Positions 13,031 to 22,116 of a stretch of DNA of 53,776 bases are shown here, in pieces. This stretch comes from Magnetococcales bacterium (lineage in GTDB: Bacteria; Pseudomonadota; Alphaproteobacteria; UBA2136). The first letter of the stretch is position 1. Each line of letters starts with the position of its first letter. Where the stretch lies: positions 1 through 53,776 of the forward strand of contig NZGE01000015.1 in assembly GCA_002689455.1 (NCBI GenBank). Reading direction: 5' to 3'. A program made the position numbers and the translations under genes. The notes beneath the pieces are model-generated. The model did no database searches. It was not told where the DNA came from and saw only the letters and a program-made list of their open reading frames with translations.

Positions 13031-14350
13031 ATGATTCCTGAATTTGCACAACAAAACGTAAAACGAACAAAAGGTCGCTATGATGTTAGCAATCAGCTTT
13101 TTTCACGTGCTGAAGAATTGATGCCAGGAGGTGTAAATTCGCCTGTACGTGCTTTTAATGGTGTTGGTGGAAAACCTGTTTTCATTGCAGGTGCATCAGG
13201 TGCAATTATTCAAGATATGGATGAAAACCAATACATCGACTATGTGCTTTCTTGGGGACCAATGATTTTAGGACATGCTCATCCGCATGTTATTAAATCG
13301 GTAACTGAACGATTAGCACTCGGAACATCCTTCGGCGCACCAACAGATATGGAAACATATCTCGCTGATATTTTATGTACAAGACATAAAAGCGTGGAAC
13401 AAGTTCGACTTGTAAACTCGGGTACTGAAGCAACTATGAGCGCCATTCGTTTAGCACGTGGTTTTACAGGTAAGAAAGGCATTATTAAGTGTGATGGCTG
13501 TTACCATGGCCATGCAGACTCGCTACTTGTAAGCGCAGGGTCAGGCCTAGCCACTGGTGGGAACCCAAGCAGTGCAGGTGTGCCTGAAGAAATTGCTAAA
13601 CTTACACACGTTATTCCATTTAACGACAGTGAAGCTTTAGAAACTTTAATTAAAGAAAACCAAGATATTGCATGCTTCATTTTAGAACCCATTGCAGGTA
13701 ACATGGGGTGCATTCCTCCACAAAATGGATACCTTACAAAGGTGCGTGAAATTTGCACGAAATATAATGTTGTGCTGATTATTGATGAAGTAATGACAGG
13801 GTGTCGTGTAGCCTATGGTTCTGCTCAGGAAATTTATAATGTAGAAGCGGACATCACCTGCTTTGGTAAAGTTATTGGTGGCGGTATGCCACTGGCTGCA
13901 TATGGTGGTAAAAAAGAAATTATGCAAAAACTTGCACCTGTGGGTGATGTTTATCAAGCAGGTACATTATCCGGTAACCCACTTGCCGTTTCGGCAGGTT
14001 GTGCAACACTTGAAATGTTACCTAAAGAAGCATACACAAAATTGAACGACATCAGTGTTACAATTGTAAAAGAAATAAGTAATATTTTAACACATCATAA
14101 TATCGTTCACAGCACCACACAAGTTGGTGGAATGTTCAGCGTTTTCTTCCAAGAAAATGCACCAAAAAACTTCCAAGAAATCAGCAAGCTTCACGTTGCA
14201 AAATACAGCAAATTCTTCCATAAACTATTGGATAACGGCGTTTACATTGCACCTTCAGCATACGAAACATGTTTTACATCGCTGGCGCATGATGCTGACA
14301 TGTTAAACTTAACATTCAAAGCAGTTGAATTAGCTGCAAAGGAGCTGTAA
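13031..14350 (+). CDS. hemL: Glutamate-1-semialdehyde 2,1-aminomutase
   Basis: MPGGVNSPVRAF, NSGTEATMSA, GCYHGH, DEVMTG, FGKVIGGGMP, YQAGTLSGNP. Confidence 0.97.
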   Translation: MIPEFAQQNVKRTKGRYDVSNQLFSRAEELMPGGVNSPVRAFNGVGGKPVFIAGASGAIIQDMDENQYIDYVLSWGPMILGHAHPHVIKSVTERLALGTSFGAPTDMETYLADILCTRHKSVEQVRLVNSGTEATMSAIRLARGFTGKKGIIKCDGCYHGHADSLLVSAGSGLATGGNPSSAGVPEEIAKLTHVIPFNDSEALETLIKENQDIACFILEPIAGNMGCIPPQNGYLTKVREICTKYNVVLIIDEVMTGCRVAYGSAQEIYNVEADITCFGKVIGGGMPLAAYGGKKEIMQKLAPVGDVYQAGTLSGNPLAVSAGCATLEMLPKEAYTKLNDISVTIVKEISNILTHHNIVHSTTQVGGMFSVFFQENAPKNFQEISKLHVAKYSKFFHKLLDNGVYIAPSAYETCFTSLAHDADMLNLTFKAVELAAKEL

Positions 14351-14360
14351 GGATTAAATT

Positions 14361-15044
14361 ATGACAGATAAAAAACGTCAAATTATTGGTGGAAAAACAA
14401 AGTTTAAAAGCCAGCTTTCAAAGTCCTCTAAGGAATATTTATTAAGGCAGGCAAAAGACCCTTACGTTAAAAAAGCCATTAAAGAAGGCTACCATTCTCG
14501 TGCGGCCTTCAAGCTAAAGGAAATTAACGATAAACATAAAATTATTCGCCCAGGCATGGTTGTTGTTGACCTTGGCGCAGCGCCTGGTGGTTGGTGTCAG
14601 GTTGTGAAAGAAGAAATGGCTAAAGGTGGCCGTGGCCTTGGTGGTGGTAAAATTTTTGGACTTGATAAAATTTGGATGGAAGACGTTGAAGAAGTAACCT
14701 TTATTAAGGGCGACTTTACAGAAAATGAAGTTTATGAAAAGCTTCTAGCCGAATGCCCAGAAAAAGTAAACGTTGTACTTTCGGACATGGCACCAGAAAC
14801 CAGCGGACACGACGGAACAGACCACTTGCGTATTATGGGGTTGGTTGAAATGGCAGCCGACTTTGCATTGAACATGCTTAAACCCAAAGGTGCTTTTTTA
14901 ACGAAGATTTTTCAAGGTGGTGAAGAAATTAAGTTCCGTGAAGAGATGCGTAAGCATTTTGATAAGGTTCAGTTCATAAAACCGAATTCATCACGTAAAG
15001 AGTCTCGCGAAGTTTTCCTACTTTGTACTGGTTTTAAAGGATAA
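14361..15044 (+). CDS. rlmE: 23S rRNA Um2552 methyltransferase
   Basis: SRAAFKL, DLGAAPGGW, SDMAP, KPNSSRKESRE. Confidence 0.96.
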   Translation: MTDKKRQIIGGKTKFKSQLSKSSKEYLLRQAKDPYVKKAIKEGYHSRAAFKLKEINDKHKIIRPGMVVVDLGAAPGGWCQVVKEEMAKGGRGLGGGKIFGLDKIWMEDVEEVTFIKGDFTENEVYEKLLAECPEKVNVVLSDMAPETSGHDGTDHLRIMGLVEMAADFALNMLKPKGAFLTKIFQGGEEIKFREEMRKHFDKVQFIKPNSSRKESREVFLLCTGFKG

Positions 15045-15056
15045 AACGAAAACATT

Positions 15057-15089
15057 AAAAAAGCCTCACCAAAATGGTGAGGCTTTTTT
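15057..15089. terminator. Bidirectional terminator
   Basis: AAAAAAGCCTCACCA-AAA-TGGTGAGGCTTTTTT between convergent genes. Confidence 0.85.
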
Positions 15090-15095
15090 TCGTTT

Positions 15096-15551
15096 TTAAG
15101 CAGAAGCGCCAGGAATAGCCTGACAAGTATTCAAGCTAATGAAGCCTTTATAATAGTATGGGCTTCCTTCTTTTTTAATTGAAGAAATAACTTCACCAAT
15201 GGCTGAAGCTGTTTCAGCAACATTCAAAATAAATGAATTGGGCAATTGTTCATCCGATTCCTTTTCACTGCAAAGCACAGCAAACAATTTATTGCCCAGC
15301 GCCTTTTTAAGAAGCGTTACCAGCTCATCACTGTCTTGTTTAAACCATACAGTTTGATGTTCAGCACCTGAACCATTTTGTTTAGCTGTATAAGCTTCAA
15401 CATCGGAAGCTTTATGAAAAGTGCGTAACTTATTTTGGTCCGTTACAACAACGGCAACAACATTTTTACCTGTAATTTTTTTAAAAAAACTTTTTACATC
15501 TTTTAGAAACTGATTGGACGACATAGACATCTCCTTGAATTCAGATCGCAT
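15096..15551 (-). CDS. Hypothetical protein
   Basis: 151-aa ORF between two terminators; AAGGAG SD-like sequence precedes internal Mets, so the start may be ~15530; no family recognised. Confidence 0.65.
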   Translation of the reverse strand: MRSEFKEMSMSSNQFLKDVKSFFKKITGKNVVAVVVTDQNKLRTFHKASDVEAYTAKQNGSGAEHQTVWFKQDSDELVTLLKKALGNKLFAVLCSEKESDEQLPNSFILNVAETASAIGEVISSIKKEGSPYYYKGFISLNTCQAIPGASA

Positions 15552-15624
15552 AAAAGCATAGGTGTTTTGTTACAAGTGTTGGTATACAAGAAAGAAGTTA
15601 TAAAATCAACCCTTAGCTTAAAGA

Positions 15625-15654
15625 AAAAGCGCAAGAATTAACCCTTGCGCTTTT
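15625..15654 (-). terminator. Terminator after gmhA
   Basis: AAAAGCGCAAG...CTTGCGCTTTT inverted repeat. Confidence 0.7.
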
Positions 15655-15674
15655 CACATTAAAAAACCGGACTC

Positions 15675-16304
15675 TTAAAAACCTAAGTTCTCTTCAACCA
15701 ATGCACACAGCATGTGTAAAAATGTAATGTGACATTCTTGAATGTGTGCTGTAGTTGGGTATTCTACACAGAAGTTATAGTCGCATAAACCGTGCAATGT
15801 ACCACCCTTTTTACCTGTTAAGCTTACCGTTTGAATACCTAACTGTTTAGCGCTTGCAACGGCTTTAATAATGTTAGCACTGTTGCCTGATGTTGAAATG
15901 GCAATTAACACGTCACCTGTTTTACCCAAACCTTCCACTTGGCGAGAGAATACTTCATCATAGCCATAATCATTACCAACAGCTGTTAAAATAGAAGTGT
16001 CGGTTGTAAGAGCGATGGAAGCCAATGCACGGCGGTTATTCACAAAACGCCCCACAAATTCAGCTGCAATGTGTTGTGCATCGGAAGCACTGCCACCATT
16101 ACCACAAAGTAAAACCTTGTTACCATTATTAATCGCTTTTGAAACTGTTAAAGCTAACGCTTCAAGCTGAGTAGCATTTTGCATAAAGAAGCCATTCACC
16201 GCTTCAATGTGCGCATCCACCATAGATTGGATCATTCCCTGCTTCGAATCACCTTTTGTCATACTTGCGCATGGGTTCATCGTTTCAATTACATTTTCCT
16301 GCAT
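15675..16304 (-). CDS. gmhA: Phosphoheptose isomerase
   Basis: CGNGGSASDAQHIAAE, TAVGNDYG, ISTSGNS, IQECH. Confidence 0.96.
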   Translation of the reverse strand: MQENVIETMNPCASMTKGDSKQGMIQSMVDAHIEAVNGFFMQNATQLEALALTVSKAINNGNKVLLCGNGGSASDAQHIAAEFVGRFVNNRRALASIALTTDTSILTAVGNDYGYDEVFSRQVEGLGKTGDVLIAISTSGNSANIIKAVASAKQLGIQTVSLTGKKGGTLHGLCDYNFCVEYPTTAHIQECHITFLHMLCALVEENLGF

Positions 16305-16323
16305 ATTGCCATACCACTTTTCA

Positions 16324-18195
16324 TTAATTTTCTATGAACATATTAATCCACAACTCAATCACAAGCAAGGATAATATTGTATACGAACCATCTGTCTTAC
16401 CTGTCTTAGTATTCTCTAAAAGTTTTTTCACAGTAGCAGCATTAAACAACCCACGTATCATTGCCTGCTTTGAAAATAAAACACTGCGAACAAATTCTTC
16501 TTCTTTTAAAAGCCAATGCCTTACTGGTGCACCAAAACCAGCTTTAGAACGGTATAAAATTTCAGGAGACAACCTTTTTTCGAATGCCTTTTTAAGCAAC
16601 CACTTGGCCTCACGCCCTTGCACTTTTTGGTGTAACGGCAATTTAAAGGCAAAATCAATTATTTTTTTAGATGTAAAAGGTGTGCGCACTTCCACGCCTG
16701 AAGCCATAGACATTTTGTCTGTATAGTTTAAATTATGGTCTGGTAAAAAACCATGAAGCTCCAAATTCAACTGACGATCCAAACTTGAAAAGTCTTTTGA
16801 GCTTTCCAACACTTTCTCCAAATAATCAGCTGTTTGGTGGTCATAAGCTTGCTTTAATTCCGCCCCTAAAAGGGAGTATAGTACTTTAGGTTCTGTATAG
16901 TAAAACGCATGTAACAAGCGCTTATCTTTTGGCGATTTCAAAATTTCGTGCAACTTCGATAAACGGCGTTTTAAATATTTTTTATGAGCTAGATTTTTAA
17001 GCACACCCACTGCCAAGGTTTGCAATTTTTCTGGTATAAAGTCATATTTTTCAAGCATAGCTGTTACTTGATGTCGGCGGTACCCAGAAAAAACATCATC
17101 ACCACCAGAGCCTGAAAGCATGACTTTAACGCCCTTTTTTTTGGCTTCTTTACAAATACGTTTTACAAACAACGGTGCAGGGTCGGCTTGTGGTTCATCT
17201 AAGTTATAAACCATGTCTTTTAGGTCATGTACAAAGTTTTCTTGAATGGTAATGTGGTGCAAGTTCACACCTGTTTGTTTTGCAACTTGGTTGGCATAAA
17301 AAGCGTCATTGCTAAAACCTTCTTCTGCCATTTCTTCACCTTCAAAACCAATACAAAATGTATCAAAAGGTTCGCCTAAATGCTTTTTCATGGATGTTAC
17401 AATGGCACTTGAATCGACTCCACCTGACAAAAAAGCACCCACAGGCACATCGCTCACCGTTTGGTCGGCAACAACTTCATCAAACAAGCTTAAAAGCTCT
17501 TCCGGTGTCTTCTCTTCATGGTTTTGGGTAAGTGGCACGTCATACCATTTTGAAATCAGGCATAAGCAGTCTTCACTCACAGTCATAAAATGTCCTGGTA
17601 AAAGCTTTTTAACACCTTTAAGCATAGTGTGTTCACCCGCACACCATAAGTAGCGTACATAGGAAAGCACAGCTTCATGGTCAATTTCCCTTTCAAGCTG
17701 TTCTATTTCAAGCAATGCTTTTAATTCAGATGAAAAAACAAACCCTTTGGAGGTTTCAGCATAATAAAAGGGCTTCATCCCCAAATGATCACGTGCGGCA
17801 AACAAACTTTTTTCTTGCTTATCCCAAATAGCAAAGGCAAAAATACCATCTAATTTATGTACCATACTTTCGCCGTAAGCATCATAAAGTGGGGCTAAAA
17901 TTGCGGTATCGGAATTTTCATTAAAAACATAGCCTTTGTCTTTAAGGTCGGCAGCAAGAGCTTTAAAGTTATAAATCTCACCGTTAAAAACAATTTGATA
18001 ACGCCCTTCAACCGCTTCCATAGGCTGTGATGCCTGCTCTGATAAATCAATAATAGATAACCGACGGTGCCCTAACCCAGCTTCTTGGCACACCCAATGA
18101 CCAGAACCATCAGGCCCACGGTGTGCAATTTTATCGGTCATCTTTTTCAAGATGCTTTCGTTAAAATTACCAACGTAGCCTGCAATTCCGCACAT
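16324..18195 (-). CDS. asnB: Asparagine synthase (glutamine-hydrolysing) family amidotransferase, probably polysaccharide amidation
   Basis: MCGIAG N-terminus, HRGPD, FNGEIYN, LSGGVDSS, SGSGGDD; sits in a sugar-nucleotide cluster. Confidence 0.93.
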   Translation of the reverse strand: MCGIAGYVGNFNESILKKMTDKIAHRGPDGSGHWVCQEAGLGHRRLSIIDLSEQASQPMEAVEGRYQIVFNGEIYNFKALAADLKDKGYVFNENSDTAILAPLYDAYGESMVHKLDGIFAFAIWDKQEKSLFAARDHLGMKPFYYAETSKGFVFSSELKALLEIEQLEREIDHEAVLSYVRYLWCAGEHTMLKGVKKLLPGHFMTVSEDCLCLISKWYDVPLTQNHEEKTPEELLSLFDEVVADQTVSDVPVGAFLSGGVDSSAIVTSMKKHLGEPFDTFCIGFEGEEMAEEGFSNDAFYANQVAKQTGVNLHHITIQENFVHDLKDMVYNLDEPQADPAPLFVKRICKEAKKKGVKVMLSGSGGDDVFSGYRRHQVTAMLEKYDFIPEKLQTLAVGVLKNLAHKKYLKRRLSKLHEILKSPKDKRLLHAFYYTEPKVLYSLLGAELKQAYDHQTADYLEKVLESSKDFSSLDRQLNLELHGFLPDHNLNYTDKMSMASGVEVRTPFTSKKIIDFAFKLPLHQKVQGREAKWLLKKAFEKRLSPEILYRSKAGFGAPVRHWLLKEEEFVRSVLFSKQAMIRGLFNAATVKKLLENTKTGKTDGSYTILSLLVIELWINMFIEN

Positions 18196-18223
18196 ATGCC
18201 TAACAATTCCCTATCGGTTTAAG

Positions 18224-20377
18224 TTAAAAGTTTACCTTTAAAGGTTTGCCTTCCACCATACTTTGAGAAGCTAAAAGTGTTAAACGACTTGTTTTAAACA
18301 TACCTTCAACATCAAGCTGATTATTGCCTGAAACAGCACCAACAAATTCTGCAAGTTCATTATTGTGCCCTTTATCCTGAGAGCCACCTAAGAAACCATT
18401 TTTCACGCGAATTTTACGGCGCTTGCCATTTGAAATAATAGACGCTTTACGGAAGTTATCAATCACTGCAACGCTTCCACCTGCGTATACTTCAACAAGT
18501 TCTTTAGAGAATGAGCTATCTCCTTCTGATGTGTAAAGTAATGTGGCTGTACTACCGTTTTCAAAACGGATAACAATATTGTAAACATCTTGACCTTCGC
18601 CTGCGGTTGCATAAACTTCAGTGGGTACTGAACCGGCTAAATAAAGTGCAAGGTCAATAAAGTGACAAGCTTCACCCACCAAGCGTCCGCCACCTGTTTT
18701 AGGGTCATTTTGCCAGTTATCACTTTCAAGTTTACCAGCATTAACACGAATCATCACTTGGCGTGGTGTTAGAATTCTTTCAAAATGGTCATTTATTGCC
18801 ATTGCATATGGTGAATAACGGCGGTTAAAGCCAACCATAAGAACTTTGTTACTGTTGCGGTATTCACGTTCCACCATATCAAGTTCTTCAAAGGTCATAC
18901 CCAAAGGTTTTTCAACAAAAACGTGTTTACCTGCTTGCAAGGCTTGCCCGACTAAGTTTGCATGTGTGTTATGTTGCGTTGCAATAGCAACCGCATGAGT
19001 TGAAGCGTCGTTAATAATTTCGTTTTCGTTACCTGCAACATAATTAAAACCAAATTTATCACCTGCTAAACGCGCACTAACACCACCTTTTGATACAATA
19101 CCCGTTAAGTCCACTTCATCTGCACCTTTTAGTGCTGGTAACAGAACCCCACGTGCAAAACTGCCTGCACCAATAAAGCTTAAGCCAACTTTACCAGTTA
19201 CAATTTCAGTTGGACGTAAGTTCATACGTGACTTTAAGCGTTCTTCAAACGGCGACTTATATTCAAGTACCACACCCATGCTTGGAATGTCCTTTGAAAG
19301 GACAAGTGCGTAAGCATCCTTCGCTTCTTCAATTGGGAAACTGTGTGAAATAAGCTGTTCAATGTTCAAAGCGCCAGTGCTCATTAAATGAAGGGCTTCT
19401 TTTAAGTTTTCACGCTCACACCAACGCACAAAACCAATTGGGTAGTCTTTGCCACGTTCTTCATATTCTTTATCGTAACGACCTGGGCCATATGAACGAG
19501 AAATAATAAAGTTCAGTTCTTTTTTCATAAAGTCCGCATATGGAATGTTACTGCCAACTTTACCTGTCATAACAATATTTGCTTTATCACGTGCAAATTG
19601 AATAGCTTGTTCGATTGGGTCATTAGAGTCGGTTGCAGCGCAAATAATTACACTGTCAAAACCATTGCTTTCCGTAAATGACTTCACCAAGCTTTCAGTA
19701 TTACCAGCACTTAAAGCGTGCACCATATCGGCACCTGTTTCTTCAGCTAATTTAATACGCTCTGCATCAAAGTCTACTGCAAAAACCTTACAGCCAGCAG
19801 CTTTTAAAAGTTGAACAGTAAGCTGACCCACAAGTCCAAGCCCCATCACCATCACACGGTCACCTAAAGTAACTTTTGCATTGCGAACACCTTGCATGGC
19901 AATTGAAACCAATGTTGCAAAAGATGCATGGTTATCTGGCACATTTTCAGGAATTTTAGCCACCAAATTTTTAGGAACAGAATTCACTTCAGCGTGGTTT
20001 GCAAAACCAGCACCAGCCATTGCAACACGTTCACCTACTTGGAACTGTCCTTTTAAATTTTCGCCCACTGCTAAAATTTCACCAGCAGCACTATAGCCCA
20101 GTGGCAAAGGCTCCTCTAATTTTGAAAACACCGATGAAAGCGTTGCTGACAAACCGTCACGTTGCATTTTATCAAGCACTTTTTGAACAAGGTCAGGACG
20201 TTCTTGCGCTTTAGACAGAAGCGACTTTTTCGCAAAATCGATTAACATTTTTTCTGTACCTGCGCTAATGAGAGATGCTTTAGTTGCAACCAAAACCTCC
20301 CCTTTTCCAACTTGTGGAGCAGGTACATCTGTTAAATTCATTTGACCGTTTTTAACGCTTTGTAAAACTTGTTTCAT
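18224..20377 (-). CDS. Bi-domain oxidoreductase (MDR-type dehydrogenase + Gfo/Idh/MocA)
   Basis: SLISAGTE, PLGYS, GLGLVG, SRSYGPGRYD, then GAGSFA, VFVEKP, VGFNRR, GEACHFID. Confidence 0.93.
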   Translation of the reverse strand: MKQVLQSVKNGQMNLTDVPAPQVGKGEVLVATKASLISAGTEKMLIDFAKKSLLSKAQERPDLVQKVLDKMQRDGLSATLSSVFSKLEEPLPLGYSAAGEILAVGENLKGQFQVGERVAMAGAGFANHAEVNSVPKNLVAKIPENVPDNHASFATLVSIAMQGVRNAKVTLGDRVMVMGLGLVGQLTVQLLKAAGCKVFAVDFDAERIKLAEETGADMVHALSAGNTESLVKSFTESNGFDSVIICAATDSNDPIEQAIQFARDKANIVMTGKVGSNIPYADFMKKELNFIISRSYGPGRYDKEYEERGKDYPIGFVRWCERENLKEALHLMSTGALNIEQLISHSFPIEEAKDAYALVLSKDIPSMGVVLEYKSPFEERLKSRMNLRPTEIVTGKVGLSFIGAGSFARGVLLPALKGADEVDLTGIVSKGGVSARLAGDKFGFNYVAGNENEIINDASTHAVAIATQHNTHANLVGQALQAGKHVFVEKPLGMTFEELDMVEREYRNSNKVLMVGFNRRYSPYAMAINDHFERILTPRQVMIRVNAGKLESDNWQNDPKTGGGRLVGEACHFIDLALYLAGSVPTEVYATAGEGQDVYNIVIRFENGSTATLLYTSEGDSSFSKELVEVYAGGSVAVIDNFRKASIISNGKRRKIRVKNGFLGGSQDKGHNNELAEFVGAVSGNNQLDVEGMFKTSRLTLLASQSMVEGKPLKVNF

Positions 20378-20426
20378 TCGTGAATTTCTTTTCTATTTCT
20401 ATATTTATTTTATAAATTAAAGCCAA

Positions 20427-20825
20427 TTAATTTTCTTTATATTTATTATATGAAAGAACGCGGTTTCTAAAATCGGCTGGCGTGTTTTTAATAGTTGGGT
20501 TTGGTACCAAAACATAGTCATAGTACTCAAGCATTTTTTCAATACGTTTAGGGTCGGTGCTTTCCATTAAGGCAATGTAACTTGTCATAAAACGGCCTTT
20601 GCAAGCTTCTTTAAAAATGGATAAATCTTTTTCGCTTAGCGGGCGCAAGCGAATGTCAAAAACTATTTCACATTCCTTGGGTATATCATCCCCTGGACAC
20701 CATAACCTTACACCATGCTTACCAAGGTTCAGTGTACCCACCTGCCCTGCAAATGCACGCTCCAAATTTAATTCAGACGGTTCATTGCTGACATTAATAA
20801 CAAGTTTTTGTTTTTCAGAGAACAT
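20427..20825 (-). CDS. Hypothetical protein
   Basis: 132-aa ORF whose ATG overlaps the wecC stop codon (translational coupling). Confidence 0.65.
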   Translation of the reverse strand: MFSEKQKLVINVSNEPSELNLERAFAGQVGTLNLGKHGVRLWCPGDDIPKECEIVFDIRLRPLSEKDLSIFKEACKGRFMTSYIALMESTDPKRIEKMLEYYDYVLVPNPTIKNTPADFRNRVLSYNKYKEN

Positions 20826-22033
20826 TAGTTAATAGACCCTCTTGTATCGATTAATTGTTTACCCTTTAAATTTTCTAAAGTAATTGTTTTAAAAGCGTCA
20901 TGGTCGGTTAGCATTACTAGAACATCCGCTTTTTCTAAAATTTCTTCTTGGCTTACAAGTGTAAAACCTTCCAATTCTTCAACATAAGGCTCGCAAGCAA
21001 TAATATTAGCTTTAAGGGCCGATTTTAAAAGGCTAGCAACTTTTAAAGATGGGGATTCACGCAGATCATCCACATTTGGTTTAAAAGCTAAACCAAGTAA
21101 ACCAACGGTTGGGTTTTCTTTATTTGTTTTGGCAACCGCTTCAACAACTTTTCCAACAACCCAGTGCGGCTTACCATCATTAATTTCACGTGCTTGCTTC
21201 ATAAGCTTTGCATTGCCAGCCTTTGATGCTGCAACAATAAACCAAGGGTCAATGGCAATACAGTGCCCACCTACACCAGGGCCTGGCTGTAAAATGTTTA
21301 CACGTGGGTGGTGGTTGGCTAAACGAATAACATCCCAAACGTTAATCCCCAATTCGTCACACACAATTGAAAGTTCATTGGCATAAGCAATGTTCACATC
21401 ACGAAATGCGTTTTCTGACAGTTTAACCATTTCGGCAACTTTATCGTCTGCTGGTAAAATAGCACCTTTTATAAATGTGCTGTAAAAAGCCACTGCTTTT
21501 TCGGTTGATGCTTCGTTAACACCGCCAACAACACGGTCATTATGAATCAATTCATACAGCGTGTTTCCAGGAATGGCACGTTCTGGGCAAAAGGCATAAT
21601 GAACTTTACCCTTCAATTCTGGGCGCGTTTTTTCAATAACCGCCATCACATCTTGTCGTGTAGCACCTAGTGCGGAAGTAGATTCCAGAACAACTAAATT
21701 CCCTTCTTCTAAAACAGGCGCTAAATTTTCGCACGCACTGTGCACATAGGACATATCGGCTGATTTATCTTCTTCAATAAAAGGTGTTGGTACAATAATA
21801 AGATGAACGTCGGCCTTTTGTGGAGATTGAGATGCCTTAAGCAAACCAGAACCAACGGATTCCTCCACCAAATTCTTCAAACCTTTTTCTTCAAAGTGTG
21901 GTAACCCTGCGTTAATTTTATCAACCACTTCCGCTTGAACGTCTACCCCTAAAACTTGGTGACCTGCCTGTGCTAAAAGACCTGCAGTTGGTAGGCCTAT
22001 ATAACCTAAACCAATAACATTTACTTGTGCCAA
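20825..22033 (-). CDS. wecC: UDP-N-acetyl-D-mannosamine dehydrogenase family
   Basis: GLGYIGLP, VPTP, LEST, CPER, KLSENAFRDVNIA, GPGVGGHCI, GLAFKPNVDDLRESP; TTG start. Confidence 0.92.
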   Translation of the reverse strand: MAQVNVIGLGYIGLPTAGLLAQAGHQVLGVDVQAEVVDKINAGLPHFEEKGLKNLVEESVGSGLLKASQSPQKADVHLIIVPTPFIEEDKSADMSYVHSACENLAPVLEEGNLVVLESTSALGATRQDVMAVIEKTRPELKGKVHYAFCPERAIPGNTLYELIHNDRVVGGVNEASTEKAVAFYSTFIKGAILPADDKVAEMVKLSENAFRDVNIAYANELSIVCDELGINVWDVIRLANHHPRVNILQPGPGVGGHCIAIDPWFIVAASKAGNAKLMKQAREINDGKPHWVVGKVVEAVAKTNKENPTVGLLGLAFKPNVDDLRESPSLKVASLLKSALKANIIACEPYVEELEGFTLVSQEEILEKADVLVMLTDHDAFKTITLENLKGKQLIDTRGSIN

Positions 22034-22116
22034 AATGAATACCTTTAATTTCTAATAATTATTAGTTTCAAGTTATATATCTATATGTTTAAAAGGTCAA
22101 CGAAAAGGCTTTATTT

